Assembly (NCBI RefSeq): GCF_018350175.1
Contig: NC_058368.1
Span: 86,058,001-86,122,000, forward strand
Length of the DNA: 64,000 nucleotides
Reading direction: 5' to 3'
From: Felis catus
Taxonomy: Eukaryota
Shown here piece after piece: positions 13,488 through 27,029 of the stretch (position 1 is the first letter of the stretch; each line of letters begins with the position of its first letter). A program made the translations under genes and the position numbers. The notes beneath the pieces are model-generated. The model saw nothing but the letters and a program-made list of their open reading frames with translations. It had not been told where the DNA came from and ran no database searches.

Positions 13488-13715
13488 ACTGCACTTGGAT
13501 GGCTCACTTGATTAAGCCTCCGACTTCAGCTCAGGTCATGATCTCACAGTTTCTGGGTTATCGTCCTACAATGGGCTCTGCGCTGACAGCTCAGAGCCTG
13601 GAGCTTACTTCAGATTCTGTGACTCCCTCTCCCTCTGCCCCTCTCTAACTCATTCTCTCTCTCTCATTCTCTCTCTCTCTCTCTCAAAAAAAAAAAAAAA
13701 CAATAACATTAAACA
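13488..13715 (+). mobile_element. CAN-SINE
   Basis: GGCTCACTTGATTAAGCCTCCGACTTCAGCTCAGGTCATGATC, (CT)n, poly-A. Confidence 0.9.
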
Positions 13716-14052
13716 CCTTTTTTTTTGAATCATGAATTGATCTCTGGTACTCTTTGTCACTAAGGTAAACTAGAGAGATCATAGATATGTTTTTTTGATT
13801 ACCAATATTTGCTAATTTATACCATTATGGTCAATTTAGAAGGTTTTGCAAAATTAACCTGTTGTTCTTTGGGCTTGCTATTTCATATTCTGCGTATTTT
13901 ATTAGAACCTCTAGAAGAGGTGATAATCAGTGAATGTAGAGACATAAGAATATTGATGTCACAGTCCAAGTCCCTATTTGTCCTGCTATGGTATAGGCTT
14001 TGTGTCATGAATTTAAAAACCTCATATAAAGATCACAGAGTTAGAGGCATGG

Positions 14053-14094
<42 letters not shown>

Positions 14095-14619
14095 CTTAAA
14101 TGTCTGACTGCTCTGCAATCTAAAAATCCATGACACTAGTTAATACATATTTCAGAACATGTATCCATGTATCCCCAGGAAGTAACTCAGAGAATTAATA
14201 TGGTTTTCCATATCTTTTTCTTGGTTGCCTTAAATAACATGGCTTTTCAGGATTACTCTACCTACCTTTAAATCCTAAAATGGCTAAATCCTAAATGGCT
14301 AATCCTAAATGGCTAATCCTAAAACTAAAACAGTAACCCAATGAATGTTTACTTTACCTAAATTTTTCAATCAAAAAAGTATTAGGCTAATTGGTGGTCA
14401 TTTTTCAATTCACACTATTAATTTAACATGGAAGACAACAGCAACAATCAATGATACCATTATTGACAGAGCTACTCAAGCTTATGATTCACATAAGAAA
14501 ATACCAAGCCTCAGGGTTTCTATTCCTGTTAGTAGATTCTCAAAGGATGATTTCTAAATCCCTAAAAGGAAACTGCTGGGAAGCACCTAATTTCTAATGC
14601 AACACTCAGCAGAAGCTAT

Positions 14620-15292
14620 TTAGGTGATGATGACAAGAATGAGTGATTAGGAGACAAGGGTGAATGAAAATGAAATCAGAAGCAAAATAGTGGTGCTGAT
14701 GAAAACTCCAGTCTCATAGGTCATGGTAACCTCACAGGAGAGATGCAAGATGACAGGAAGTTCACAGTATAAATGATTGATTTCTCTAAATCTACAAAAG
14801 GGCAATCTCGTGGTATAGACAGTATGTATCAATGCATTGCAAGTACTACTGTTCCATGAGCTAACAGCCATCAACCTTCAGAGGGGTCAGTTCTTGAGGA
14901 GTAGATAGTGTAAATGATTGCAGATGGAAACATGTCAGTCATAGGACATGAGTTCCAAGAGGATACACTCACTCCCACCCAGAGCCAACCCCAGGAAGAT
15001 CAGGGTGCCATAGTGACGAGCAGACTTGACTGTCTTATGCAGAAGGTAGTCATTCATCATCTTGAGGACAAAGGCAGCTGTGAAGAGGATGACAATGAGA
15101 GAGAGCTGCCAAGGGAAAAAAATACATAGGGATATGAAGATGGGGGTCTACCAGGATCAGGAGAATTGAGAGATTGCTTCCAGTTAGTGTGAAAAGAAAC
15201 ATTATTGTTATAAGGTCAAAAAGACAGAAGTGAATTGGGGTGTATTTCAGCAGACCCAGAAGAATGAATCCAGTGATAGTGTGGTTTTCACT
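14620..15292 (-). pseudogene. Olfactory receptor family-2 pseudogene (OR2AJ/OR2AK-like), no recognisable sequence after TM5
   Basis: Manual translation of the minus strand: SENHTITGFILLGLL...DPHLHIPMYFF...GGSECILLELMSYD*HVSICNHLHY...*PL*RLMAVSSW...LPFCRFREINHLYCELP...YETGVFISTTILLLI. Several stops, no start ATG seen, TM6-7 not found. Confidence 0.88.
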
Positions 15293-15451
15293 CTGGAAAT
15301 CTCTATAGCGGTAAAAGTAAAAACATGTAATATGGAAACTATTTCATTACTGGTAGTGTTTAGCACAGAAGATAACCCACCAGAAAACTTTGTATTACCT
15401 AAAGAATATTGGAGAAAACAGTGAATCCAGTAGACCTAAATTTATCAAATG

Positions 15452-16095
15452 AGGGGTACCTGTGTGGCTTAGTTGATTAAGCTTCTGTCTTCAGCTCAGG
15501 TCATGATCTCACAGTTTGTGAGTTCCAGCCCCATGACAGGATCTGTGCTGACAGTTCAAAGCCTGGAGTCTACTTCAGATTCCTTGTCTCCCTCTCTCTT
15601 TGCCCCTCCCCTGCTTGCTCTCTCTCAATAAATAAATAAGCAAATAAATAAATAAATATTTAAAAATAGGATATATAAATAAATATTAAAAAAATAAAGA
15701 ATTTGGAGCGCCTGGGTGGCTCAGTCGGTTGAGTGTCCGACTTCGGCTCAGGTCATGATCTCACAGTCTGTGAGTTCCAGCCCCAAGTCGGGCTCTGTCC
15801 TGACAGCTCAGAGCCTGGAGCCTGCTTCCGATTCTGTGTCTCTCTCTCTCTGCCCCTCCCCCGCTCATGCTCTGCTTACATCACATGGTGTGAGAAAATT
15901 CAGTAAGAGAATAAGAATACTTAAAAAATGGGGTGCCTGGGTGGCTCAGTCAGTTGAGCGTCCAATTTCGGCTCAGGTCATGATCTCATGGTCTGTAGAG
16001 TTTGAGCCCTGCATCGTGCTCTGTCTGTGCTGACAGTTCAGAGCCTGAAGCCTGCTTCAGATTCTGTGTCTCCCTCTCTCTCTGCCCCTCCCCCG

Positions 16096-16131
<36 letters not shown>

Positions 16132-16160
16132 GTCAAAAATAAAATAAACATTAAAAAATA
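15452..16160 (+). mobile_element. Three tandem CAN-SINEs (15452-15660; 15704-15875, 3'-truncated; 15930-16160)
   Basis: Three SINE heads; the third is flanked by AGAGAATAAGAATA(C/T)TTAAAA. Confidence 0.9.
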
Positions 16161-16339
16161 GAGAATAAGAATATTTAAAATGTTTTGTTTATATCTACTA
16201 AATATCCAGATACTTTACCCAGTATGTTGAAATGATGCATTATAGTTATAGATGGTAATAATGTGGTATTAACCTAAAAATAATGTTTAAAAAATACTTT
16301 ATTCAGTGCAGGTGAGTATTTCCAAAGATTTGTGGTTTT

Positions 16340-19300
16340 TTAGATGTTGGGATGATGGCAGCAGAATAGCAGGACCTTACTCTGATTTTGTCCCAAAAGC
16401 ACAAGTAGATACTTATGATATCAACTTAAATACACCAGAAGTCAAGCTGAAGACTAACAAAACAAACTAAGCAACTTAAAGGAGATAAAAGGACACATTG
16501 AAGAATCTAGGACATGCTGTATTATGGTTTAGGAGAGTACAGATTATAGGTGCTACAGAGGGAAATGAGACTGGTTGGTGATAAAAGCAAGAGAGAAAGT
16601 GTAGAGCACATAGGCAAACACAAAAGAAGAACACTTTCCAAAGGATATTGACTTGGAAAAGTCGATGGGCTGATTTATTTCAGTTCTTGCAACAAGCAGG
16701 TCTTCAAGACTACAGTTTTAAGGATCAGCAGGGTTTTCTTGGCTAGAGCTCTGGAAGAACTACTCTACTCTAGGAGAGAAGTTGAAAAAACAATCAGAGG
16801 AAGACAGGTTGGAAACATCAATCTGAAAATCTCTAGTCCACAAAGTGGGAGAATCTTTGTTCTTCTCAGAGTTATTTCCTGAGAGGAAGCATTCACAGAT
16901 ACAAAGAGTTGGATGGTGCCACTTCCGCCATCTCTGCCTTTTAGCATAAACACAGAGCCACCTGAGGGAAGCAACTCACTGGCTGTCTAACTTGTTTACA
17001 CAAAGCCCTACTCCCTGTCCTTTGCAGGGACTGCCCTTCTTCCTTTAGATTGCTTCAGTCCCAGTGGGATAGGATTCTCCCCCAGAAGAACAGCACAAAA
17101 CCAAATACCAAATCTCCCAAATAGAGGGTTATGCAAGACTTCAGTTCCAGTGGAGTAGTATCAGCTCTCATTTCACAAGCAGACCAGAGAACAACTAGTT
17201 AAAACTTTCAACATTCTGGATAAAGAACAAAACCTGCCCACAGCAGGCAAGAAGAGTCTCTGTAGAGGACTGGCCTGAAGGATAAAGTAGCCAAAACACA
17301 ACAACAGAGTGTATGCAGCACACACCAGAGAAACTCCATGAACTGCCAGTACCTAGACACTAAATGAAACGAAGAATAAAATAAATTAAATTGGCAATAG
17401 GCTTCATGAAATGCAGGCCAGGCAAAAGTATCAGAGGAATGAATTAGTGACCTAGAAGACAGCATGGTGGAAAGAAATGAAGTTGAATAAATGAGAAAAA
17501 AAAAGAAATATGAGCAAGAGAATAGACTTAGAGAACACAATGACTCCATCAACATAAAAACATTCTTATTGTAAGAGTCCCAGATTAAGATGAAATAAAT
17601 GAAAGGGAAGAAAATATATTTGAGGAAATAACAACTGAAAACTTTCCCAATCTAAGTAAGGAGACATCCAGATCCAGGAGGTATAGAGAACTCACATCAA
17701 AATTAACAAAAGCAGTCAATTCCAAGAAATATTAAAATCAAAAACATCTTAAAAGCAGCAAGACAGGGGTCTCTGGGTGGCTCAGTCAGTTGAGCATCTG
17801 ACTTTAGCTCAAGTCATGATATCATGGCTTATGTGTTTGAGCCCCACATCAGTCTCTGTGCTGACAGCTCAGCTCCTGTAGCCTGTTTCAGATTATGTGT
17901 CTCTGTCTCTCCCTCTGCCCCTTCCCCACTCAAACTCTGTCTCTTTCTCTCTCACACACAAAAATCAACATTAAACAAGTTTTTAAAGAACAGAAAGACA
18001 AAAGAAGTCCTTAACTTACAATGAAAAACCCTAAGTGTTGCAAGAATTTTTTTCAATAGTACATTGCAGGCTAGAGGGACTGGTATGATATATTCAAAAG
18101 TGCTGAATGAAAAATACCTGCAGCCAAAAAATAATCTGTCCAGCAAGGCCATCACTCAGAAAGAAGGAAAGATAGTTACACAGCAAACAAAAAACAATGG
18201 AGCTCATGAGCACTAAACCAGCCCTGCAAGAAATACTACAAGGAACTCTTTGAGTTGAAAGGAAAGACCAAAAGTGAAAAAGACAACAAAAGATGAGAGA
18301 AAATCTCTAGAACAATGACAAGAGAAGTAATAAAATGGAAATAAATACATAGGCATCAATAGTTACTTTGAATGTAAATGGAAAAAAAAAAATGTTCCCA
18401 TAAAAAGATATAGGGTGTCAGAATGGATGGAAATGGAATTCCCATCTATATACTACCAACAAGAGACAAATTTCATACCTAAAGACACTTCATATTGAAA
18501 GTGAAGAGATGCAGAAACATTTATCACACAAATGGATGTCAAAAAAAGCTGGAGTAGCAATGCTTGCATATGACAAACTAGACTTTGAAAGAAAGACTGT
18601 AACAAGAGATGAAAAAAGCAATATATGATAATAAAGGGGAGAATCCAAGGACTCCTGGGTGACTCAGTTAGTTGAGTGTCCAGCTCTTGATTTTGTCTCA
18701 AGTCATGATCTCAGGCTTCATGTGTTTGAGTTCTGCATCAGGTTTTGTGCTGACAGTGTGCACCCTGCTTGGGATTCTCTCCCTCTCTCTTTGTCCTTCC
18801 CTGCTCATTCTCTCTCTCTGTCTCTCTCAAATATACATAAACATTGAAAAGTTAAAAAAATAAAGGGGACTTTCTAACAAAAATACATAACAATTGTAAA
18901 TATTTATGCCTCCAACATAATAACACCCAAATAAATAAAACAATTAATAATAAACATAAAGGAACTAATGGGTAATGAAACAATAATACCACACTTACAA
19001 CAATGAAAAGATCACCTAAAAAGAAAATCAACAAGGAAACAAAGTATTTGAATTACACACTGAACCAAATGGACTTAACAGATATATTTAGAACATCCTA
19101 AAAGAGCACATTAAACATTCTTTTCAACTGCACACTGGACATTCTCCAGAACACATCACATATTAGAATGTCACAAATCTGGTCTCAACATATATAAAAA
19201 GAATGAAATAATACCATGAACCTTTTCTGACCAAAATGCTATGAAACACAAAGTCAACCACAAGAAAAAAAAAATGGAAAGACTAAAAATACATGCAGGT

Positions 19301-20082
19301 TGAAGAATATCCTACTAAACAATGAATGGGTCATCCAGTAAATTAAAAAAAGAAATTAAAAAAAATATGCATGGAAACAAATGAAAATGAAAGCACAATG
19401 GATCAAAATCTTTGGTATGAAGCAAAAGTAGTCCTAACGGGGAAGCATATAGCAGCACATGCCCACCCTAAGAAGCAAGAAACATATCAAATGAACAACC
19501 TAACCTTCTACCTAAATTAGTTAGCAAAATAAGAGCAGAGCACAAAGCCAGCAAAATTAAGGAAATAATAGGGAATAGAGCAGAAACTAATGATATAGAA
19601 ACAAACAAAGAAAAATTAACAAAGTAATTAAACCAGGAGCTGATGGTTTGAGAAATCAGTAAAATTGATAAACCCTCAGACAAACTTGTCAGAATGAAAA
19701 GACAAAGAACCCAAATAAATAAAATCAGAAATAAGAGGAGAATTGACAACCAACACCACCGAAATACAAACAATTATAAGAGAATATTATGAAAAATATA
19801 TGTCAACAAATATTGCAACAAATCTTGTAATCTGAAAAAATGGAGAAATTCCTAGAAACATGAGTTACCAAAACAGAAACAGGAAGAAACAGAAAATTTG
19901 AACAGACAGATAATCAGCAAAGAAATTGACTCAGTAATCAGAAAACTCCCAGAAAACAAAAGTCCAGGGCCAGATGGATTCATAGGTGAATTTTAACAAA
20001 CATTTAAGGAAGAGTTAATACCTGTATTTCTCAAGTTATGTGAAAAATATAGGAAAGGAAAACCTCAAAAATAATTTCATGA
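16340..20082 (+). mobile_element. Older L1, 5' part (5'UTR, decayed ORF1, ORF2 endonuclease to RT start), with SINEs at ~17765-17985 and ~18648-18860
   Basis: ORF1/ORF2-like DNA (AATGTAAATGG, CCAGGGCCAGATGGATTCATAGGTGAATTT); stops at ...AAAAATAATTTCATGA. Confidence 0.88.
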
Positions 20083-21498
20083 TTATCCAGCATAGTGGAG
20101 AAGTAGGGAGATCTGTACTTCCCACATCTCTCAAACAAAGAAGGGCTAAAGCCAAAGGAATTTGAACCCCAAGAGTCTGGGAGGAAAAAAGAATGAGTTT
20201 AAAAGGGAGACACAAGGAACATCCATGATGGGCTATAGGTGGATGATTGCATCAGATGAATGCAGGCCACGTTGGCCTGGCAGGGGAGAGATGAAATAGG
20301 CCACGTTGGCATGGCAGGGGAGGGATCCCCTTTTGCAGAGAGACAAAGGGAAGAGAAAGAGTGGCTGGGGAAGCACAGAACTGTTTCTGGACAAAAGATA
20401 AACCTCGGACTGGGACTGAGAGGGATTCCATCTCTGTGGAAATTTCTTCTGAATGGGGTCAGCTGCCCCATTTGCGCCCCTAGGGAGGAGGGGAAGCAGC
20501 CCCGGTTCGTGATAGGTCAGGAGCACGGTCTGTAGTAGGAGAGAGCAGTCCTCCCTGGAGTGCTGTGAGACAGGGTAAGGCCTGCCTGTGTCCACAGCCT
20601 CCTGACTAGGCAGCAACGTCAGCAGCACAGTCTGCAGTAGGAAAAGGTATTCTTCCCTGAAGTGCTGCAGCACAGACAAAGCCAGCTGGTATCACATATC
20701 AAGCCACACAGAAAGGCACTTCCCCAGTGCCAGAGCACAGGGAGTGGAACTTTGAGTCCTAGCAAAGTGCCGGGTCAGGGGAATCAGTGGAGTGAGTAGG
20801 ACCGCCTCATCTGTGCCCACAGCACAGTGAGGACAACTCAAACAGAGTCCACAGGCTCTTGGAGAAGAGACTGGGGGATCGCCATTTCCCCCCCACCACC
20901 ACCACCATGGTGGGGCCTCAGGGATCAGTCCTCAGGGACCAGAGTGGAGGTGGGACCAGCCTACACCAAACCAGGCCCCTCCTTGCTGGGTAACTGCATA
21001 TCTGCTGGAGCCAGATAGATGTTGTGTAACCAGACGGTTCCATCATCCAGGCCAGTGATGCTGCATAGCCCAGATTAATTCCAGGGCAACTCTTGTTATT
21101 TAGATATATTCTCCCTTCTTATTTCTTTCCCCCTCTAGGCTGGTTACTCTGGTCATTGGTTTGTTTTAACAAATATATGTAATCCATTCTCTTGATACAT
21201 GTTCTAGACCTCCTTTGGTACATTCCTTTCTCTCTGGAATAATCATGCCATATAGTTTCTCTGTCTGGGAAACTTTTTTTATTTCTTGCCTCCTTCTTTA
21301 TTTTCCTTTCTCTCTCTCTCTCCAGTTTAAGCCATTTAGTCTCTCTGCTCAAACTTTTTTTTTTCTTCTTTGTACCCACCCCTGTCATTTCTCTCTTTGT
21401 ATGTGCTCTTCCATCAGCATTGCCTCTACCGTGTTCTTCACTTGTAGCTGGTGTTTCTCGTTTTTGCTTTTGGATTGTTTTTGTTCATTTGTTTGCTC

Positions 21499-21532
<34 letters not shown>

Positions 21533-23201
21533 ATTTGTTTTATTTTTTGGTGTGTTGGATGCCTTTGTTTCCTGTTTGTTTGTGTGTTTGTTTTCCTTTC
21601 CAGGGCTACTTCTAGGAAAAAAAATAAAGCACACTTCATAGAGGGTTCAAACCATCACTATGAGTAGAGAAATAAAATAACCAAAGTCACAACAACAGAG
21701 AACAAGTAACACTGTCTGACAAACACTTCCTGAAGGACCAGGCCCTTGACAGTGTATGACCCCATTTAATATAGGACTGCTCACAGGTGCAGAGCACATA
21801 ACAAGCTTTTAAAACTCATAAGGACAGAAAACTAGCCAAAATGACAACATGGAAGAATTCCTCTCAAAAAAAAAATTCCAGGAAGAAGTGACAGATAAAG
21901 AATTAATCAAAACAGATCTAAGCAATATAACTGAACAATGATTTAGAATAATATTCATAAGATTATGAAAAAGGCATAGTAGACGGCAGAGAATCTATTA
22001 CTGCAGAGATCAAGGAACTAAAAAATTGTCATGATGAATTAAAAAATGCTATAAATGAGGTGCAAAATAAAATGTAGGTGACCACAGCAGGGATTGAAGA
22101 GGCAGAGGAGAGAATAAGTGAATTAGAAGATAAAATTATGGAAAAAGAGGAAGCTGGGAAAAAGACAGATAAAAAAAATTGGTGATCAAGGGGGAGAATT
22201 ATAAAACTAAGTGATGCAATAAAACTGAGCAATATCCATGTCATAGGAATTCCAGAAGAAGAGAGAGAAAGGGGATGAAGGTGTACTTGAATGTATCATA
22301 ACTGAGAACTTTCCAGATCTGGGGAAGTAAACAAGCACTGAAATCCAAGAGGCACAGAGAACTCCTGTCAGATGTAACTTAATTGGTCTCCTGCATGACA
22401 TATCATAGTGAAACTGGCAAAATCCAAAAATAAGGAGAGAATTCTGAAAGAAGCTAGGATTAAACAGGCCTTAACATACAAAGGTAGAGACATAAGTGTA
22501 GTAGCAGACCTATCTACTGAAACTTGGCATGCTAGAAAGCAGTAGCAGGAAATCTTCAATGTGATGATCAGAAAAAAATATGCAACCAAGAATCCTTTGC
22601 CCAGAAAGCTTGTCATTCAGAATAGAAGGAGAGATAAAAGTTTTCCCAAACAAACAAAAACTTAAGGAATTCAATACCGCTAATCCAGCCCTAAAAGAGA
22701 TACTAAGGAGGACTCTGTAAGTGAAATGTTGCAAGGACCGCAAAGTACCAGAGACACCACCACAAACATGAAACCAACAGATATCACAATGACTCTAAAC
22801 CTATATATATCAATAATACACTAAATGTAAATGGACTAAATGCTCCAACCAAAAGGCATAGGATATCAGAATAGATAAAAAACAAAAACAAAAACACAAA
22901 ACAAAAAACAAGGCCCATCTATTTACTGTCTACAAGATACTCATTTTAGACCTGATTAAGGTCTTAATGATTAGACCTCATTTTAAACTTTCAGATTGAA
23001 AGTGAGGGAATGGAAAACTATATATCATGCTACTGGGAAGTCAAAAGAAAGCAGGAGTAGCCATACTTATATCAGACAAACTAGACTTTAAATTAAAGGT
23101 TGTAACAATAGATGAAGAGGGCATTATATAATTATTACAGGGTCTATCCATCAGGAAGAGTTAATAATTATAAATGTCTATGCACCAAATTTGGTAGCAC
23201 C

Positions 23202-23252
<51 letters not shown>

Positions 23253-23676
23253 ATCACGAACATAAGCAATCTTATTGATAAGAATGTGGTAATTGCAGGG
23301 GACTTTACTACTCCATTTACAGAAATGCATAAATCACCTAGACAGAGAATCAGTAAAGAAACACAGGCACTGAGGAATACATTGGACCAGATGGACTTGA
23401 CAGATATATTTAGAACTCTGCATCACAAAACGGCAGGATATATTTTCTTTTTGAATGCATATGGGACATTCTTCAAGATAGATCACATAATGGGTCACAA
23501 AACAGCCCTCAATAAGTATAAAAGAATTGAGATCATACCATGCACACTTTCAGATCACAATGATATGAAACTTGAAATCAACCACAGGAAAATGTCTGGA
23601 AAAACCTCCAAAAATGCATGGAGGTTAAACAACATCCTGCTAAACAATGAATGAGACAAATAGGCAGTTATAGAAG

Positions 23677-23724
<48 letters not shown>

Positions 23725-26700
23725 ATGAAAATACAGCAATCAAAACACTTTGGGATGCAGCGAAGGCAGTCCTGAGAGGAAAATACATTTCAATTGAGAC
23801 CTATCTCAAAACAAGAATAATCCCAAACAAAATATAACAGCACACCTAGACGAAATAGAACCAGCATAGCAAAGACACCCCAAACGAAGCACAAGAAGAG
23901 AAATAATAAAGATCAGAACAGAAATAAACAATATAGACTCCAAAAATGAAAACAAAAACAAAACAAAACAAAACAAACAAACAAACAAAAAAAACGAAAG
24001 AGCACATCAATGAAACCAAGAGTTGGTTCTTTGAAAAAATAAACAAAATTCATAAACCTCTGGCAAGGCTTCTCAAAAAAAAAAAAAAAAGAGAGGACCG
24101 AAATAGATAAAAACAGGAAAGAATAGGGATTTATTACAATGAATCCCTCAAAAATACAAGCAATTATCAGGGAATACTATAAAAATTATATGCCAACAAG
24201 CTGGACAACCTGGAAGAAATGGACAAATTCCCAAGCACCCACACGCTTCCAAAACCCAAACAGGAAGAAATAGAAAACTTGAACAGACCCATAACCAATG
24301 AAGAAATTCACTCAGTTATCAAAAATCTCCCAACAAATAAAAGTCCAGGAACAATGGCTTCCCTGGGGAATTCTACCAGACATGTAAGGCAGAGATAATT
24401 CCTATCCTTCTTAAGGATGCTCCAAAAAATAGAAAGGGAAGGAAAACTTCCAGATTCATTCTATGAAGCCAGCATTACTTTGATTCCCAAACCAGAGACC
24501 CAGCAAAAAAAAGGTAACTATAGGCCAGTATTCCTGATGAATATGGATGCAAAAATTCTCAACAAGATACTAGCAAATCGAATTCAACAGCATATAAAAA
24601 AATTATTCACCATCATCAAGTGGGATTCATCCCTGGGCTGCAGGGCTGATTCAGTATTTGCAAATCAATCAGTGTGATATTTCACATTAACAAAAGAAAA
24701 GAACCATATGATCCTGTCAATGGATGCAGAAAAAGCATTTGACAAAATACAACATCCTTTGTTAATAAAAGCCCTGAAGAAAATCATAATAGAAGGAATA
24801 TACCTAAATATCATAAGTTATATATGAAAATCCCACAGCTAATATCATAATCAATGGGGAAAACCTGAGAAGTTTCTCCCTGAGATCAGGAACATAACAG
24901 GAATATTTACTCTCACCACTGTTGTTTAACACAGGGTTGGATGTCTTAGCCTCAGTAATGATACAACAAAATAAAATAAAATGCATCAAAATTGTCAAAG
25001 AAGAAATCAAATTTTCACTTTTCAAAAACGACATGATACTCTACAGGGAAAATGCTACAGACTCCACCAAAAGTCTGCTAGAACTGATACATGAATTCAG
25101 CAATATCTCAGGGTACAAAATTAATGTACAGAAATCAGTAGCATTTTTATACACCAATAATGAAACAACAGTAACACAAATAAAGAAACTGTTCCCATTC
25201 ACAATTGCAACAAGAATCATAAAATATCTAGGAATAAACCTAACCAAAGATGTTAAAGATGTTTATGCTGAACACTCTAAAGAGCTTATGAAGGAAATTG
25301 AAGGAGATACAAAGAAAAGGAAAAACATTCCATGCTTATGGATTGGAAGAATAAATAATGTTAAAATGTCAATACTACACAAAGCAATCTACACATTCAA
25401 TTCAATCCCAATAAAAATTGCACCAGCATTCTTCTCAAAGTGAGAACAAACAACCCTAAAATTTGTATGGAATAAAAAACGACCCTAAATAGCCTAATAT
25501 TGAAGAAGAAAACCAAAGTGGGACGCATCACAATCCCAGACTTTAGCTTCCACTATAAAGTTGTAATCATCAAGAGAGTATGTTATTGGATGATAAACAG
25601 ACATATAGACAAATGGAATAGAATAGAGACTCCAGAATTGGACCCACAAATGTATGGCCAACTAATCTTTGACAAAGCAACAAAGAATATCCAATGGGAA
25701 AAAAATTCTCTTTAATAAATGGTGCTGGGAGAAAAAGAAGAATGAAACTAGACCACTTTCTTATACCATACACAAAAATAAACTCAAAATGTATGAAAGA
25801 CTGGAATGTGATACATGACACCATCAAAAACCCTAGAGGAAAAAGCAGGAAAAAACCTCTCTGACCTCAGATGCAGCAATTTCTTGCTGGACACATCTCC
25901 AAAGGCAAGGAAATTAAAAGCAAAAGTGAACAATTGGGACCTCATGAAGATAAAAAGCTTCTGCACTGCAAAAGAAACAATCAACAAAACTAAAAGGCAA
26001 GGGACAGAATGGGAAAAAAATATTTGCAAATGACATACCTGATAGCTAGTATCCAAAATCTATAAAGAACTCTCTGAACTCCACACCTGATAACAAATAG
26101 TCCAGTGAAGAAATGGGCAGAAAATATGAATAGACACTTCTCTAAAGAAGACATCCAGAAGGCAAACAGGCACATGAAAAGATGCTCAATGTCACTCCCC
26201 ATCAGGGAAATACAAATCAAAACCATACTGAGATATCACTTCATACCAGTCAGAGTGGCTTAAATGAACAAATCAGGAGACTATAGATGCTGGAGAGGTT
26301 ATGCAGAAATGAGAACCCTCTTGCACTGTTGGTGGGGATACAAACTGGTGCAGCCACTCCGGAAAAAGGTGTAGAGGTTCCTCAAAAAATTGAAAACAGA
26401 TATACCCTATGACCCAGCAATAGCACTACTGGGAACTTACCCAAGGTATACAGGAGTGCTGATGCATAGAAGGACTTGTACCTCAATATTTATAGCAGCA
26501 CTTTCATCAGTAGCCAAATTATGGAAAGAGGCTAAATGTTCATCACCTGATGAATGGATAAAGAAGGTGTGGTTTATATATACAATGGAATACTACTTGG
26601 CAAAGAGAAAGAATGAAATCTGGCCATTTGTAGCAACATAGATGAAACTGGAGAATAGTATACTACGTTATATATGTCAGGCAGAGAAAAACAGATACCA

Positions 26701-27020
26701 TATGTTTTCAGTTATATGTGGATCCTGAGAAACTTAACAGAAGACCAGGGGGTGGGGGTGGGGGGAAGTTACAGAGAGGGAAGGATGCAAACCATAGGAG
26801 ACACTTAAAAACAGAGAACAAGCTGAGGGTTGATGGGGGGTGGGGGAGAGGGGAAAGTGGGTGATGGGCATTGAGGAAGGCACCTGTTGGGATGAGCAAT
26901 GGGTGTTGTATGTAAACCTATTTGACAACTATATATATATATAATATATATATATAATATATATATTATTATATATATTATTATTAAATATATATATATA
27001 AATATATATATATTTAATAC
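20083..27020 (+). mobile_element. Full-length but inactivated younger L1 (copy A): 5'UTR, ORF1 ~21841-22720, ORF2 ~22790-26700, 3'UTR, TA-converted tail
   Basis: ORF-track peptides ([43 protein letters not shown]) broken by stops and frameshifts. Confidence 0.93.
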
Positions 27021-27029
27021 AAGACAAAA

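Noticed and set aside
15716..16033. MAQSVE...-type ORFs, and tRNA genes suggested by A/B-box-like heads
   Set aside because: All are CAN-SINE-derived; no standalone cloverleaf seen
20083..27020. Active (retrotransposition-competent) L1
   Set aside because: ORF1 and ORF2 contain many stops, frameshifts and microsatellite insertions
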